A DNA stretch of 64,000 nt from Carcharhinus longimanus (Eukaryota): the NCBI GenBank assembly GCA_030264375.1, contig JASCQW010000139.1, positions 22,369,971 to 22,433,970 on the forward strand, in the 5' to 3' direction. Both the position numbers and the translations under genes were made by a program. The notes under the pieces are model-generated. The model saw only the letters and a program-made list of their open reading frames with translations. It did no database searches and was not told the origin of the DNA. Positions 48,906 to 63,493 of this stretch are shown in pieces; position 1 is the first letter of the stretch; the number at the start of each line of letters is the position of its first letter.

Positions 48906-50027
48906 GGTATTATGTTGTTTCACATAGTTATATGCCAACATAATTGCCTATTTTATTTTCCAAAATTTTATTCCCAGCCCCTCAGTCTTTTCTCCTGGTT
49001 TCCATCAGACTTATGTTCTTCTCTATCATTAGCTTAAAGCGCATTATATTGTGATTGCTGTTGTTGAGCTGCTCCCCTACATTTACTTCCCTTATCTTCC
49101 CTGGTCTATTCACCATCAGTTAGTCCAATTGTGAAACTTCTCTTGTGCACTTTGAACCTATTGGCTGGAATTCTCCAACCTTTACAGCAATTGGGATTCC
49201 CCTGTCCCATTGAGTGCCAAATTCTCCATTCTCACAGGTTAGAGAATTCCAGCCACTGGGTTAGAATCAAGCCCTGTATACATTGCAGGAATGTTATTCT
49301 TTTATCCCCTTTATCCACCTCCTCTATCCAATTACTGCCAAGATCATTTCTATTTTTTAACTCAATGCTGTAAGTTGTCTACAAATTTTTTCCTCCACCT
49401 CAATTGCACCATTAGGTGGTTTGTAAATTACATCCGTGTTTGATCCTGTAAAATCTTTCAGCCCTATCCATACGGATTCTATTTTAGCCTTGCTAAAAGT
49501 GGTGTCCCTTTTCTCTGCTGCCGTTGTGTTANNNNNNNNNNNNNNNNNNNNNNNNNNNNNNNNNNNNNNNNNNNNNNNNNNNNNNNNNNNNNNNNNNNNN
49601 NNNNNNNNNNNNNNNNNNNNNNNNNNNNNNNTTATTCTGAATAACATTAATTACGAGGCGTTCAGTTCTTGATTTACCTGTTGAGACATTTAAAAATATT
49701 AATATGAGAAAAAATTAAGTTCAACGTTCATGAGGTGAAACACATATTCAGGGCGAAAACAGGTTTAAAATTGAATTAATGAATTTAAATTGATTGTACT
49801 CATTAACAGTATTTTTTTTGACCAGCAGTAAATAACAAACTCTTCGAAAATTAGTATTCTTCACTTTGTTGGTTTTATTCCGAATTAGTTCTGTATTTTC
49901 CTCCTTCAGAAGTAATTATTAAAGTTTCTATTCATAAACATCACATTAATCAAATGCCTAATTGGATTTCCAGTTGTCAGACTGGTACCTAATGTAATGC
50001 AGTAATCTGCACTGATGCAGACTCACA

Positions 50028-50316
50028 GACAGAATCCCTGCAGTGCAGAAGGAGGCCATTTGGCCCATCAAGTCTGCACAACTACAGTCCTACCCAAGCC
50101 ATACCCCTGTAATGCCACATATTTCCCCTGCTAATCCCCCTAACACTAAGGGACAATTTAGCACCTAACCCTCTCATCTCTGGAGTGTGGGTGGAAACCG
50201 GAGCAGTCGGAGGAAATCCACACAGACACAGGGAGAATGTGCAAACTCCACACAGACAGTCATTGGAATTGAACCCAGGTCCTTGGTGCTGTGAAGCTGC
50301 AGTGCTAACCACTGTG
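50028..50316 (-). mobile_element. HE1-like SINE, tail A
   Basis: Reverse copy. Confidence 0.8.
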
Positions 50317-51736
50317 TCAAGGGTTGTTCAGCCACTGTATGTCTGAACAAGCTGGTACAATCAGCAGTTAACCATGAACTCTGACTGGCTGCACACATTT
50401 AGAAACCCCCTTTTAAAAAAGTAAGTATAAAGGTAATTTTTATTCTATGATGGAATAAACTGGACCCGGGATGATTTTCTTAATCACTTTCACAACAAAG
50501 TAGAAAGTGACTCACTGTTTTCCTCTCTTCCTTTGGGATATCGAAATCATACTTGTCACTTTAGCAGCCTGGTAAGTTCTTACTGAAGTCATTTCAAAGC
50601 TGGGGTGGAATGGTATGAATCTAGGGCAAGTGCACAGCTGAGATTTGATAAGCGATTGTGTTACATGACATTACTTGTTTAAGTGCATGGTTCCATGAGC
50701 CAGCGTTTTTGTACAATATACTGTAGAAAGCAACAGTGGTTTAGTGAGCTGACAGGGTGATTTAGATTACCGACACTCTTGGCAAAAGTTTCCAATGCAC
50801 GTTCTTCACTGTGATGAAAGGACAGGCTTGCCCTCCAAAGCAAATATGCCAGCTTCTTACAGAATTCACATCAAACCATCATTAACTCCAACAAGTCAGA
50901 TGGAGGCCAGAATTCTCTGGCCGTTCACACCCCGCGCTACCGCTTGGAAAGATGGAGAATTTTGGTGCTCGGCAGTGTCATTGCCTTTGCCACTGTAATG
51001 CCAATCTCTGCCAAGGGGCGTTGCCAGGGCACATTGCCTGACCACATCCCTCTCCCCGGGGGCTCTACTTAACATTATGACCCTGGGGAGACCCCCACAT
51101 CAGGAGGTGAACCTGTTACAAGTGCCACCAGGGTGACATCATGTCAATATTCGGTGAGGGAGGGAGGTCCTGGAGGGAGTGCTTGCTAATGTATTCAAAT
51201 AAGCTACCTGTGGCATACTTTATTGCACTTCACCAGCGAGGGGTCAGTAAGATTGTAACTCGGAAACATGCAGGTATCACATTCTCCGGATTTTGAACAC
51301 ATGCCCCAATTCCTGCAGACGGAGAGTCTGGACTCAAAATTGCTCTCCCCCCCGCAGATGTTTCATCTCTCCATGGGAATTCATTTGCTGGATGAGAATA
51401 TCGTCATCTTTGAATTGCTTCCATGTTGAATAAAGCACCAACTGTTTCTTTGTAAAAGCAACCAGCAAGTACATTCCAGATGGCAAACAAATGTTCATCA
51501 CACCCTGAACAAGATTTTACTTCCCCTGCGTGTTACACATCAGCATGTCACAAATTGGAGAAATTTACTTATAATGCAGCTAGAAGAGGATTTTCCACAT
51601 CCAATCTCAGCGGCTGTACACTGCACCACTGTCATAATGGCTGGTGCCATGAAGTAAAATTATGACTTAAAAATCGCAATTACTGTCCTTGCCACCACTT
51701 TCATTTGGGAGGCAGGCAAGTTTTAGATATTGGATA

Positions 51737-51865
51737 AAAGCAAATTATTGCAGATGCTGGAATCTGAAACCAAGAGAGAAAATGCTGGAAAATTTCAGTA
51801 GATCTGGCAGCATCTGTAAGGAGAGGAAGGAGCTGATGTTTTGAGTCTAGACAACCCTTTGTCAA
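51737..51865 (-). mobile_element. Penelope-like terminal repeat fragment
   Basis: Same sequence family as 44246-44345 and 48075. Confidence 0.65.
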
Positions 51866-54274
51866 AACTCAAGTTTTAGATTTTGGAGGGAATTTTCCAT
51901 CCTCGTCCACGGCTGGGATTCTCCAGGCCCCGCCGGTATGAATGGTGACCGAGATGCTCTGACCTCGCCTGTGGCTTGGATTTTCCAGTCCCGCTGCTGT
52001 GAATGGAGATTTGGTTGAGTGCCACATTTTCCTTTCTCACTGCAACAGTGACGGGGCTTGCAACATCGGAGCATTCCAGTCATTGAGTTTCTCCTTGGCC
52101 GTAGTCACAACTGGCCCATGATAGCTCCACACTGAATTGTCTCTACTATTTCTTTTAACCATTAGAAGAAATAGCTCACCTTGTCGACAACTGCTAAGTA
52201 ACCCAAGGAAAATGGAACCAATCAAGTATAAATGAATACTGCCTTTCTCAAATTAAAGACCTAATTGGGCTACTTACCATCTCATTTATAGTAGACAATA
52301 TAATAAATAGCTTTAGGACTTTAATAATTGATGTGTATCATAATTAGACTGATTTATGAATTATTTCTGGCAGGGATTTGTGTGATAATTACCTTATGCC
52401 AAGATGATATACTATCTTTGCAAAAGGAGGAGAAATAAGGGAGCAAATTGAGAATTTTACTGACTTCATGTGACATATTTACATGCAGTAAGTTACACAG
52501 TGTCAGTTGCATTGGGGAAGCATTCATAAATTGAACCCCAATCCATAGATAAGTGTCATTACGTAGCTGTTCCCTACAATTAATCATCAGAATGACAAAT
52601 TTCTCGCTGCTTATCCAATATAAATTCCATCCGCAGGTGAATTTTTAGTTTCTCTTTTCAGCCCAGAATCTTTACAAACTTCATAAGAACATAAGAAATA
52701 GGAGCAGGAGTAGGCCATCTAGCCCTTCGAGCCTGCCCCACCATTCAATAAGATCNNNNNNNNNNNNNNNNNNNNNNNNNNNNNNNNNNNNNNNNNNNNN
52801 NNNNNNNNNNNNNNNNNNNNNNNNNNNNNNNNNNNNNNNNNNNNNNNNNNNNNNNAAGGACCCTGGGGTCCACCAGCTCCCACATCATACAGAAACAGCA
52901 CATCACATGCCCCTCCATTATTCCCTGTAGTAGTATTGAACGATTTCAACGCAAACTTACCTGGCCCTTTCTCCAAAGCCCTTCAGTGTCTTCTGATTAT
53001 TTCTAATAGAATTCAATGATCAGCCACAATCAAAATGAATGGTGGAGCAGGCTTAAAGGTCTGAATGGCCTACTCCTCCATCTACTTTCTATCCTAGTGA
53101 ATTATTTCTGTTACACTTTCAAGACACTATTACTGCTTCCATTGGAGCGGACGAGGCTTAAGAAAGATTGTGCAAGTTTTTGTTTGGGTGGATAAAGCAA
53201 AACTATTTCTTCTGACAGGTGGATCGGTGATGGGGCCCATCGTGGTGGGGTCATCAGTTTAGTATTGTCACTAAGAAAATGACAAGGAGCTTGTGAGAAA
53301 TTTCTTTGCATGAGAGAGTTGCTACAGCATATATTGCTTTGCCTCTGTGTTTAGTTGAGGCAAGAGACCACTACAACTTTTAATAAAAAAAAAATCTGAA
53401 ACAGAGGTAAATATGGGTTATGGTGATAGAGCAATGGGATTAGGCTTGGATTGCTCTCCAAACAGGAATCTGGTGGGATAAAAGCAATAACCATCCACAA
53501 GGATTTCGGGAATGAGGCCCAATCCACAACCCTTTAATTCACACGGGTGTGAGTGATAACCCCAATGATCTGCATGGGGAATCACAAATTGACCTCCTAG
53601 TTTGGCTCATTCAATATGAGTACCCCGGGGAATTGGTAATTAGCCAACCAGGTGGAGCTTGTATACCAAGTCCTGCATAAAGCAAGACCCTGAGAGGGTC
53701 CATTAACCTTTTAGTCCTGGTTGGGACCTGTTATATTCATCACAGGCTTGTGGTTATTGTTTATTTTCATTTATGCATTAAAAGCACGATTCTTTCACAG
53801 CCGACTCCTGCAGTTATCTAAGTATGGTCAGCCAGTGGTATGAAATGTGTTTGTAATGTGAACGGTACTTTGGGGAATTGCCTATGACAAAGTGAGACAT
53901 TGAGCATCACTGCAGGTTCTTCAGAAACAACAACAGCTGACAAGAAAGGTACTTGTTAATGTCTAAATTGGAGAAGCAACTGAGCTGAAGAGGAGTTCCA
54001 GCAGGATGCTGTGTTTCAAAAACAATAGAGATGCAGGTGGAGCAAAATTTGGTTGGAAAGGCAATCACCTTCCCCTTGGATGGTGAACGTCAAGTCAGAT
54101 TAGTCAATGGGCATGTTAGGAATGTGAATGCACCATGTATTTTCTCCAGAAGCTGATTGTAGAATACCAACACTGTAAAACTACACTATCATACTGGACC
54201 CTATCGTTACTTCAGCACTATGAATCCTTCATTTCCCTTCTTGCTATAGCTATCTCTACCTGAAGATGGAGATG

Positions 54275-54575
54275 TCAATTACAAAGGGGGCACAGGTTCA
54301 AGGTGAGAGAGGGAAAGTTTAAGGGAGATGTGCAGGGGATGTTTTTCACACAGAGAGCGGTGGGTACCTGGAACGTGCTGCCACAGGAGGTGGTGGAAGC
54401 AGGCACATTAGCAACATTTAAAAGGCATCTGGATGGGTACATGAACAGGGAGTGGGTAGAGGGGTACAGTCTGTGCAAGGGCGGAAGGTTTCTTTTGTAG
54501 TTTAGTTGGGGCATTATGATCGGCATTGGCTTGGAGGGCCGAAGGGCCTGTTTCTGTGCTGGACTTTTCTTTGTT
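54275..54575 (+). mobile_element. CR1 LINE 3' end
   Basis: KFKGDVQGMFFTQRAVGTWNVLPQEVVEAGTLATFKRHLD. Confidence 0.85.
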
Positions 54576-55057
54576 CCTTCTTTGTAAGGATGGAACAGTT
54601 TTTTGTGCCCGGTTACTACTTCGATTCACTTTGAAAAATTGTTGCTGCCCTTACAACTATTTCTCCTCTTGGAGTTGCTGTTGCCGTTTGTTTCTCCCTG
54701 CCGTCATGTAAATGTGCAGGCAATCGCCCTTGTCTGCACGCAGCCAGTCATTAACTCACTGTGTAGGAACAGCTCACCCCACCGGCTTCTTTCTCACTTC
54801 GTAAACCCTGTACCTTCCTCCAGTGTAATATAAAGGTATCATGGCAGCTGCCAGATAAACTGACACTGATGTGCATTGCTGGTCATCACACAGGAATTGC
54901 ACAGTGGAACCAGATCAGTTACTCACTCCATTCTCGCAGAGTAGAGATTAGAATGCCTCACTCATTCAAGAGCCTGATACATTCAGTGGCCCTGTACAGT
55001 AATAGGATTCTGGCCTTTTAACTGCCCAAGTCCCTGCTCAATGAAAGAACCTCCAAA

Positions 55058-55360
55058 GAGTTTAAAGTCTATTTATTAGTGCCACATGTAGGCTTACATT
55101 AACACTGCAATGAAGTTACTGTGAAAATTCCCACATTCCAGCACCTGTTTGAGTACACTGAGGGAAAATTTAGCATGGCTAATGCACTCTAACCAGCACA
55201 GTCCTTTCAGACTGTGGGAGGAAACCAGAGCAACTAGACGAAACCCACACAGACTCAAGGAGAATGTGTAGACTCCGCGCAGACAGTGATCCTGGCCAGG
55301 AATCGAACCCAGGTCCATGGCGCTTAGAAGCAGGAGTGCTAACCACTGTGCCCGTGCCAC
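55058..55360 (-). mobile_element. HE1-like SINE, tail B
   Basis: Reverse copy. Confidence 0.8.
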
Positions 55361-55659
55361 CTGTGAGACCACAAAATGTAACTGTTAGGCCAAGAGGAGA
55401 TGTCTTGACCTTTTTTCCTTTTTGCTCTGAGCACCACCCCCACCCCCAACATTTCAACCCATCCATTAAAACCCCGCTGAAGCCGTTACCCTACCACCTA
55501 ACCTTCAAGCGGATGGTCTCCAAGCCTTTCATTGGTCACCTGCCATTTACTTCTTTCTACCCATTTCAGGTAAACAGCTCACCAGCAAGGTGTAACTGGG
55601 CTTAAATTAGTCCAGGCCCTAAATTGATGCCTATTCCCCCACTGCCATAATCACCTTTC

Positions 55660-56420
55660 TGTGCCACAAATAGAGATAAATGATTTAGATTTAACCACCA
55701 TTACAGAATGGTCACAGGTTGGCCAAAGCTGGGAAATAAATATCCCAGGCAACAGTAAAGGGGAACAGAATGAAAAAGGTGACATTAGCCCTTATAGTAA
55801 AGGATGTCATGTGGACATTAGTGGGAAAGCATCTGGCCTCAGAAGATCATGAAATAGAATCACAATTGGTGGAAATTAGCAATACTGGGAGTAAGAAAAC
55901 ACTGTGGGTTTGGTTTGTAGACCCCTAACATCAGTTATATTGTTGGGAAGAGCATTGAAAAATAAATGATAGAAGCTTGCAACAAAGGAAATGTATTAAT
56001 TGTGGGGAACATTAATCCTCATTTTAGTTTCAGAGAATCAAATTGGCAAGAATGGTCTAGAAGCTTAATTTACAGAACATTTTCTTGCCAGTTTCTTAGA
56101 GCAGTATATAGTAGAACTGATGAGAATAAAACTATATTGGATCTAATACTGCGTAATGAAGCAGAATTAATCAAAAATGTCCCATTGAAATATCCATGGG
56201 GAAATAGTGATCATAATACATTCAAATCCACGTTAAGTTTGAAAGTGATAAATTCCAATCTCAAAAATAGATCTTTAGTTTAAACAAAGCTGTATGAGGG
56301 GAGAACTGGCTATGGTAAGTTGGGTAAATAGGCTAAAGATTATGGAAGTAAGTGAACAGTGGGAAACATTTAAAGGAAAAAATTAAAATGTTCAACAAAA
56401 ATATATTTCATTGAAGAACC
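55660..56420 (+). mobile_element. CR1 ORF2 AP-endonuclease region, degenerate (another at ~49280-49530 on minus)
   Basis: QIEINDLDLTTITEW...VLIVGNIN...ILDLILRNE...GNSDHN endonuclease motifs. Confidence 0.75.
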
Positions 56421-57577
56421 AAAGCTCAAAAATTAGCCTAATTTTGAAAAGTGCTGTTGTAAAAGCAATAATGCTGGAGTTAGATGGGTAAGAGGGCTCA
56501 TCTTTCTTAGAAATATGAGCAGCTGCATGTTTCCAAGGGGAAGGAATGTGAGCAGAGGTTGAGAGAATTCAAAGAAATAACACAGTCGGCTTGGAAGCAT
56601 AGGAGGGAATTTCCATACAGCTCAACAGGAAGGATTGGATGCAGCTTGTGGACAGGGTTAAATGGGTATATTTTCCAGCTTGAGGGAGTGGCTCCGACAT
56701 GCTGATTTCTGGGTTTTGATGAGACAGGACAGAGGATAGGCAGCTAAACTACTTGCAGGAGGTGGGCTGGATTGGTAAATATGTTAATGAGGCCAGAAAC
56801 CTCGGAGATGATGTGCTTTGCAAGTTTCCTAGACCTCAGGAAACCTGCCAGCTGCGGTGATAGGGAGGAAGCCTTGACAGGAAAGTAATATTGGTCTTTG
56901 CAGCACTCCTTGTGGGCCAAGAGGAACAGGAGTACTTCTTCCCCAACTTCAAGCTCCTCTATCTTCAGATGGCCCCATGGAAAAATTGTCTGTCCAGGAT
57001 TGCACCCTTCCCGGTATCAGGAATTGTAATTCCACCGAGTGTTGGAGATTGAACACCATCCCCAGGGTCAGGGATCAGATTTCCAAGAGTTGTGCATCGG
57101 AGACTCCAGATCTTAATCTGCCATGCTCCTTGCCCAACTGAAAGCGTAAGCTAGGTGGGAAACCTGCCAGGGCCCACAAATCCAAACCTTGGAGTGAAAA
57201 TCCACAATAAGTGGGGACATCCAGAATCCTCATCTGGGTTTCCTGTGTACTACCAGATACCATCCCACTCCCAACATGTTAGCACATAAAAATTCCCCCA
57301 TATATAGCAGAAAAAGAAATTTGAACCAAAGCCCTTCTGAGAAACTAATGTATGCATGAACAGTTCTAGTTGTTGGGCATGTCAGTTATAATGGTTTGTG
57401 GAGCTGGGAATTGTCCCAAAACCAGGGCAATGTTTCTCTAGTTGAAGTATATAAGTTACATTTGGATTTTTATAGTTCAGTGGTTGTTGGGGTGTCTTCA
57501 GAGATAACGAGGTACAAATATCCCTGATCCTGCCAAAAGTTCTTACTGTTCCAGGGTCATACCAGGTATGGTTTCAG

Positions 57578-57900
57578 TCAGTGCAGAAGGAGGCCGTTTG
57601 GCTCATCAGGTCTGCATCGACTTTCTGACAGAGCATCTTACCCAGGCCTATTCTTGTAACACTACATAGTTACCTCACTAATTCCCTGAAACTATATACC
57701 TTGGGACATTAAAGGGCAATTTAGCATGGTTAATCAGCCTAACCTCACATCTTTGGAGTGTGGGAAAAAAATGGAGCACCTGGAGGAAACCCACACAGAC
57801 ATGGGGAGAATGTGCAAATTCCACACAGATAGTGACCCGTGGCCGGAATTCAACCTGGGTCCCTGGCACTGAGGCGGAAGTGCTAACCATGGTGCCACCT
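57578..57900 (-). mobile_element. HE1-like SINE, tail A
   Basis: Reverse copy. Confidence 0.8.
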
Positions 57901-58634
57901 ATGCTGTCTGTGCATATATAGTGAGGTCTTAGCCTTGTTATAATACATATTGAAGGATGCAATGGTGCATGTTTGATAATTGTACTGTGCTAAAAGGGAC
58001 TACATTTGCTGTTTTTCAGGGATATTGCCAATAATTTTACTTTAGAATTCAAATGGCAATGGCCATGCCCTCCAACATCCATATCTTAATGTTAAAAATG
58101 AAACTTCAAACCCTCTTCTACCCTATTACAGCTGGAGATGTGGAAACATTTTGCACTGCTTTCAATATTGATATAAATGAAGTTGTTCTCAGAACTGACT
58201 GATCAGGGGAGTATAGTCACTTTACCATCAAGGATCATCTGTAGTCATTGCTGGCTGGCATGCCAGCAAGAAATCAATGGTGCAAAAGTATGTTGAAATT
58301 GTATCCAAGTGTGCATTACAAAGTTCATCTGGCAGTACTAGATTCAAGTTCAAAAGGAGATTGTCAAAAAGATATGGATTATTTAACACCAAATAACCTA
58401 GGATTTCCCTCTGGCATCTCCATGAACCCCAATGTATATTGCAAAATTAAAATCATAGCCATTGTATTTAAACCATTGTGGAATAGGTTTAAGGGAAGAA
58501 TTATTTCAAATGATGCTGGACAAGAGCAATTGTTTAAAATGTGATTTGTTCTTACATGACACTTACTTGTGAAATTGCATAATGGCATTGAACATGAATA
58601 GTCTGTCTACCAAGTTTTGGTCTAAGGAGAGAGT

Positions 58635-58975
58635 TTTTTTTTATTCATTCATGGGACTTGGGCTTTGCTCACTATTGGATTATTGCCCATCCCCAGTTAC
58701 ACTTGAAGGGCAGTGGTTCTGGAGTCAGATGTAGGCCAGGCCAGGTAAAGATGGCAGATTTCCTTCCCTAAAGGGACATGAGTGAACCAGATAGGTTTTT
58801 CCAACAATCAGCAATGATTTAATGATCATCAGTAGTAACTTAATTCCAGATTTTTTTTATTGAATTCAAATTCCACCATTTGCCATGGTGGGATTTGAAC
58901 CCAGGTACCCAGAACTTTAGCTGAGTTTCTGGATTAATAGACCAGTGATAATACCACTAAACCATCACCTCCCTA
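58635..58975 (-). mobile_element. SacSINE1-like SINE
   Basis: Reverse copy. Confidence 0.75.
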
Positions 58976-59084
58976 TAATTTTACTTTATAGTACTTAGGG
59001 ATCCATGATTATCTGTACATGAACAAACAATGAGATCTTGAGCTATGTTCAGCAAACCTTCATAATTCTGCCAGAAAAACCAAT

Positions 59085-59340
59085 CTTCAGCCCATTTGTT
59101 GCACTCCATGTGGTATCAAGAAATGGCTGAGTGTGCTGGATCCTGCAAAGGCCATGGGTCCTGACAGCATTCCAACTGTAGTTAGGAACATTTGTACACC
59201 AGCTAAGCCTCTGGCCAAGTTATCTCAGCACAGCTATAACACTGACATCTGCTTGACAATGAGGATGATTGCCAGGCATGTCCTGTCCACAAAAAGCCAG
59301 CCATATCCAATTTGAGCAATTACTGTGCCATCAGACTGCC
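59085..59340 (+). mobile_element. LINE RT fragment (CR1/L2 group)
   Basis: LDPAKAMGPDSIPTVVRNICTPAKPLAKLSQHSY, the K(A)xGPDxIP pre-RT motif. Confidence 0.7.
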
Positions 59341-59511
59341 CTTGACATCAAGGTTGTCTCACTCTTAAATGTTCTTGAATGCTTTTGAATACATATCGTT
59401 ACAAGAAAAAAGGAAAAGCTGTTTTAATACCTAATACTCTGTGATTTCTGGGCAACAGCCCAGACTGAAGTGGCTGTCGTAACTCTTTTAAAAACACTTG
59501 AATTCATCTAT

Positions 59512-59820
59512 AATCATAGAATTCTATAGTGCAGAAGGAAACCATTCGGCCCATTGAGTCTGCACTGACCACAATCTCTTCCCAGGCCCTATTCCCATAA
59601 CCAATTATCCTAGCTAGTCCCCCTGACACTAGGGGGAAATTTAGCATGGCCAATCCACCTAACCCGTACATCTTTGGACTGTGGGAGGAAACTGGAGTAC
59701 CTGGAGGAAACCCACACAGACACAGGGAGAATAGGCAAACTCCACACAAACAGTGACCCAAGCCGGGAATCGATCCCAGATTCCTGATGCTGTGAGATAG
59801 CAGTGCTATCTTCTGTGCCA
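59512..59820 (-). mobile_element. HE1-like SINE, tail A
   Basis: Reverse copy. Confidence 0.8.
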
Positions 59821-61544
59821 ATATAGGTTTCTGAGAAACTCAAAGTTACTTCTTCATAGGGAAGTCTTTTCTTACTTAATGGCCTCAACTCTGAAATACT
59901 TGTATTCTCTTGGGCCTGCTCTCTCGGTCATCCTCAATGTCACCACAGTAATGGACACTTATCGGGGAGGGCTCATTCTAAATCATAGTGCAACTGCTGT
60001 TTGTTTTATCTGTATCTAGGGCTCAACAATATTTGGCATTGCTAAACTAGGTACTTATTGCAAAAAACAATGAATTGAAACGCATTTGAAGCACAACTAA
60101 TTTTTACATTTCCGAGCTTTAATGAACTGTGTCAACAAAATGTGCATGACATAATGAGAACTTGGCTCATGAATTACTGAATAATTTTTCTAGGTTCAAA
60201 GACCAGAAATAGTGACATTGCAGCTGGTGACTTCAGTAAAAATGCTAAAAACTAAATTAGCTAGTCACACTTATTGTCCTCCCTTGTACATTTACTAAAG
60301 TAGTCTTGTCACATTTACTCAAGTATAATATCTTAACATTGTCAACGACAAGAGAATCAGTGATATCCTTGAATTGCTGCAATCAATGTGTAGAACAAAG
60401 CCAAGGTTTACTGAAACGAGTTTCTGTACCATCTTCCTCATCCCCCCCCCCCACCCCCCCAACCCCTAAAAAGAGTAACATTTTCTCTTTGTTCTTACTC
60501 CAATTCNNNNNNNNNNNNNNNNNNNNNNNNNNNNNNNNNNNNNNNNNNNNNNNNNNNNNNNNNNNNNNNNNNNNNNNNNNNNNNNNNNNNNNNNNNNNNN
60601 NNNNNNNNNNNNNNNNNNNNNNNNNNNNNNNNNNNNNNNNNNNNNNNNNNNNNNNNNNNNNNNNNNNNNNNNNNNNNNNNNNNNNNNNNNNNNNNNNNNN
60701 NNNNNNNNNNNNNNNNNNNNNNNNNNNNNNNNNNNNNNNNNNNNNNNNNNNNNNNNNNNNNNNNNNNNNNNNNNNNNNNNNNNNNNNNNNNNNNTATGTA
60801 CGGTATGCTCTGTCTGTACAGCGTGCAAGAAACAATACTTTTCACTGTATGGTAATACATGTGACAATAATGAATCAAATCAAAATCAAATACTCTTGCT
60901 CTTTCAATGTGAGGGAGAAAGATTCTGTAAATCTTCCACATAATTCCATCTTTGTGTTTTTTTAAATAATCTTTCTTTTATGCTATCAGGATTTAAATCC
61001 CATGTTGCCTAATAACCACTTTCTTGCTTATCAATCTTTTTAACGCTATATTGATGCCTTCAATACATTGGTTACCATCTCTGGCAATAATGCCATCCAT
61101 ATTTCTCGTATGAATACAGATGAGAAGAAATTATTCAAAAGCTTCACCATCCCCTGATCTAATACTAAAAAGTCATCTTGCCCTTTAGTGGCTTTCTTTG
61201 TTCTTTAATGTTCTGCCTGTCATAGTGTAACCAAAACATTAATTAATGCTCCCCTTTCTACCCAAAGCAATTTATTTTTCACATTTTCATTTATTCTTGC
61301 TTGACTCATGTATTGCTAAGCCTCATTTTGTATTTGTACTCAAATCCTATCATCTTCCGTGCCTGTTTCAGAGTATCATTTAAAGTATTTTAGCTTGCCT
61401 TTCATACAAACTGATTTTCACGTCTATTGACTTCAGTTTTAATCTTGAAAATAATGCTTCGTTGAAGCAATGCTCTTTCCTTTTAAAGCTAACCACATCC
61501 AGTATCTAACATTTATTTCAATTCAGGATTCCAGTTGGTATTTA

Positions 61545-61876
61545 GGTGGCGCAGTGGTTAGCACTGCTGCCTTACAGCTCCAGGGACCTGGGTTCAATTC
61601 CCAGCTTGGATCATTGTGTATGGAGCTTGTACTGTCTCTCCATGTCTGCATGGGCTTCCTCCAGGTTCTTCTGTTTCCTCCCACAGCACAAAGTTGTGTG
61701 GATTTGGTGGATTGGCCATGCCAAATTGCTGCTTAGTGTCCCAGGATGCGTAGTTTAGAGGGATTAGCGGGCTAGATGTGTGGGGTTGCGGGGATGGGAC
61801 CTGGGTGAGATTGTTGCTGCTGCAGACTTGATGGGCTGAATGGCTTCCTTCTACGCTGTAGGGTTTCTATGATTCT
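61545..61876 (+). mobile_element. HE1-like SINE, tail A
   Basis: Full copy. Confidence 0.8.
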
Positions 61877-62177
61877 TTCTATTTCCCACCTTTTATTGTA
61901 TATACTTAGATGCTTTTGCTATTCATTTGCCTGATTTACAATTTTCTTTACATGTGAAAAGTGTAAGATTTATAATATGATGATGTTTATTGTGATGTTT
62001 CAAATAGTGAATAATTTATATAGTGTTTGGTTCCTTGTCTAAAATGACCAGATGCTCTTTCATTCCAATGTTTTAAAGCTTTATTTAGAAGTCCCTATAT
62101 AAATAGTAAATACGTTAAAATACAAAAACACAATCATGCCATACTTATTAAGATACAACGAGGCAAAGCTTAATGCC

Positions 62178-62815
62178 CAGGCGATGGGCTCGTGTACTAT
62201 CACTTGACTATCATTGGTGGCATCGTGGCACAATGGTTAGCACTACTACCTCACGGACCCAGGTTCGATTCCTGGCCTGGGTCACTTTGCATAGGTTTCC
62301 TCTGGGTACTCCGGTTTCCTCCCACAATCCGGAAGATGTGCTGATTATTGACCATGCTAAATTTTCCCTCTGTGTACCCAAACAGGTGCTGGAGTATGCT
62401 GACTAGGGGATTTTCATAGTAACTTCATTGCATTGTTAATGAAAGCCTACTTGTGACACTAATAAATAAACTTTAAAACTATTAATCCAGAGACTCAGGT
62501 AATGTTCTGGGGACCCAGATTCAAATCCCACCACAACAGCTGGTAGAATCTGAATTCAATAAAAAAAATCTGGAATTAAGAATCTACTGATGACCAAAGA
62601 CTATGAATGCGTTGTCAATTGTTGGAAAAACACATCTGGTTCACTAATATCCTTTAGGGAAGGAAATCTGCTATCCTTATCTGATCTGGCCTACATGTGA
62701 CTCTAGAGCCACAGCAATGTGGTTGATTCTCAACTATCCTCCAAGGGCAAATAGGGATGGGTAATAGATGCTGGCCAGCCAGCGATGCTCATGTACCACG
62801 AATGAAAAAAAAACA
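62178..62815 (+). mobile_element. SacSINE1-like SINE interrupted by an HE1-like tail-B SINE (~62216-62478)
   Basis: The head ggcgatgg...gactatcatt is continued after the insert as actattaatccagagactcag. Confidence 0.75.
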
Positions 62816-63493
62816 AGATTCTGAGATGCAGTCTGAAAGGACCTTGCAATAACACTTCAACCTCCCCATGAGGACATTCTATATCTATAACTTGCATCTT
62901 GGCCAATTCACTTTATCATGGCCCAGTCTCCTTAAATAGATAACTACTGGTTTTCTATATGATCCTATAAGTTAGGAGGATTAGAGGGGTAAATACGTAG
63001 TGTTACGAGGATAGGGCCTGAATAAGGTGCTCTGACGGAGAGTCGGTGCAGACTCAATGGTCCGATTAGCTTCTTTCTGCACTATCGAGATTCTATGATT
63101 CTAATTGTAAAACTTTAATATTCACAAGGCATCTTGGGAATTAGTCCCATTGTTCCTATTTATAGTGCCTGAAACAAGGGTGGCAGTGTGACTACCATGG
63201 AAGATGTGAGTGAAAGCCAGCCTGCACCTGAAAGCATTTCATACCTCATATGAATGCACATAGTGGGGTGGAAGCAGCTCGCAATCAGATTCCATTCTTA
63301 TCGTGTTCTCCTTTGTACAAAAGAAAAGATTGCCTACAATGAGAATGACAATGGAAGGGAACAGTGACAATCAGAACAAAGATCATAATTTGCTGTCGCG
63401 GGGGATCTCACAACATTTGCCATTAGTTAGACTTGTCTTTTCACATTTAAGTTTTCAACATTTTTTTAAAACAAGTTTCTGAACTTAAGGAAG

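Noticed and set aside
60306-60965. Long ORFs spanning N runs (also 1172, 2255, 41941-42403)
   Set aside because: Their length is an artefact of untranslatable gaps.
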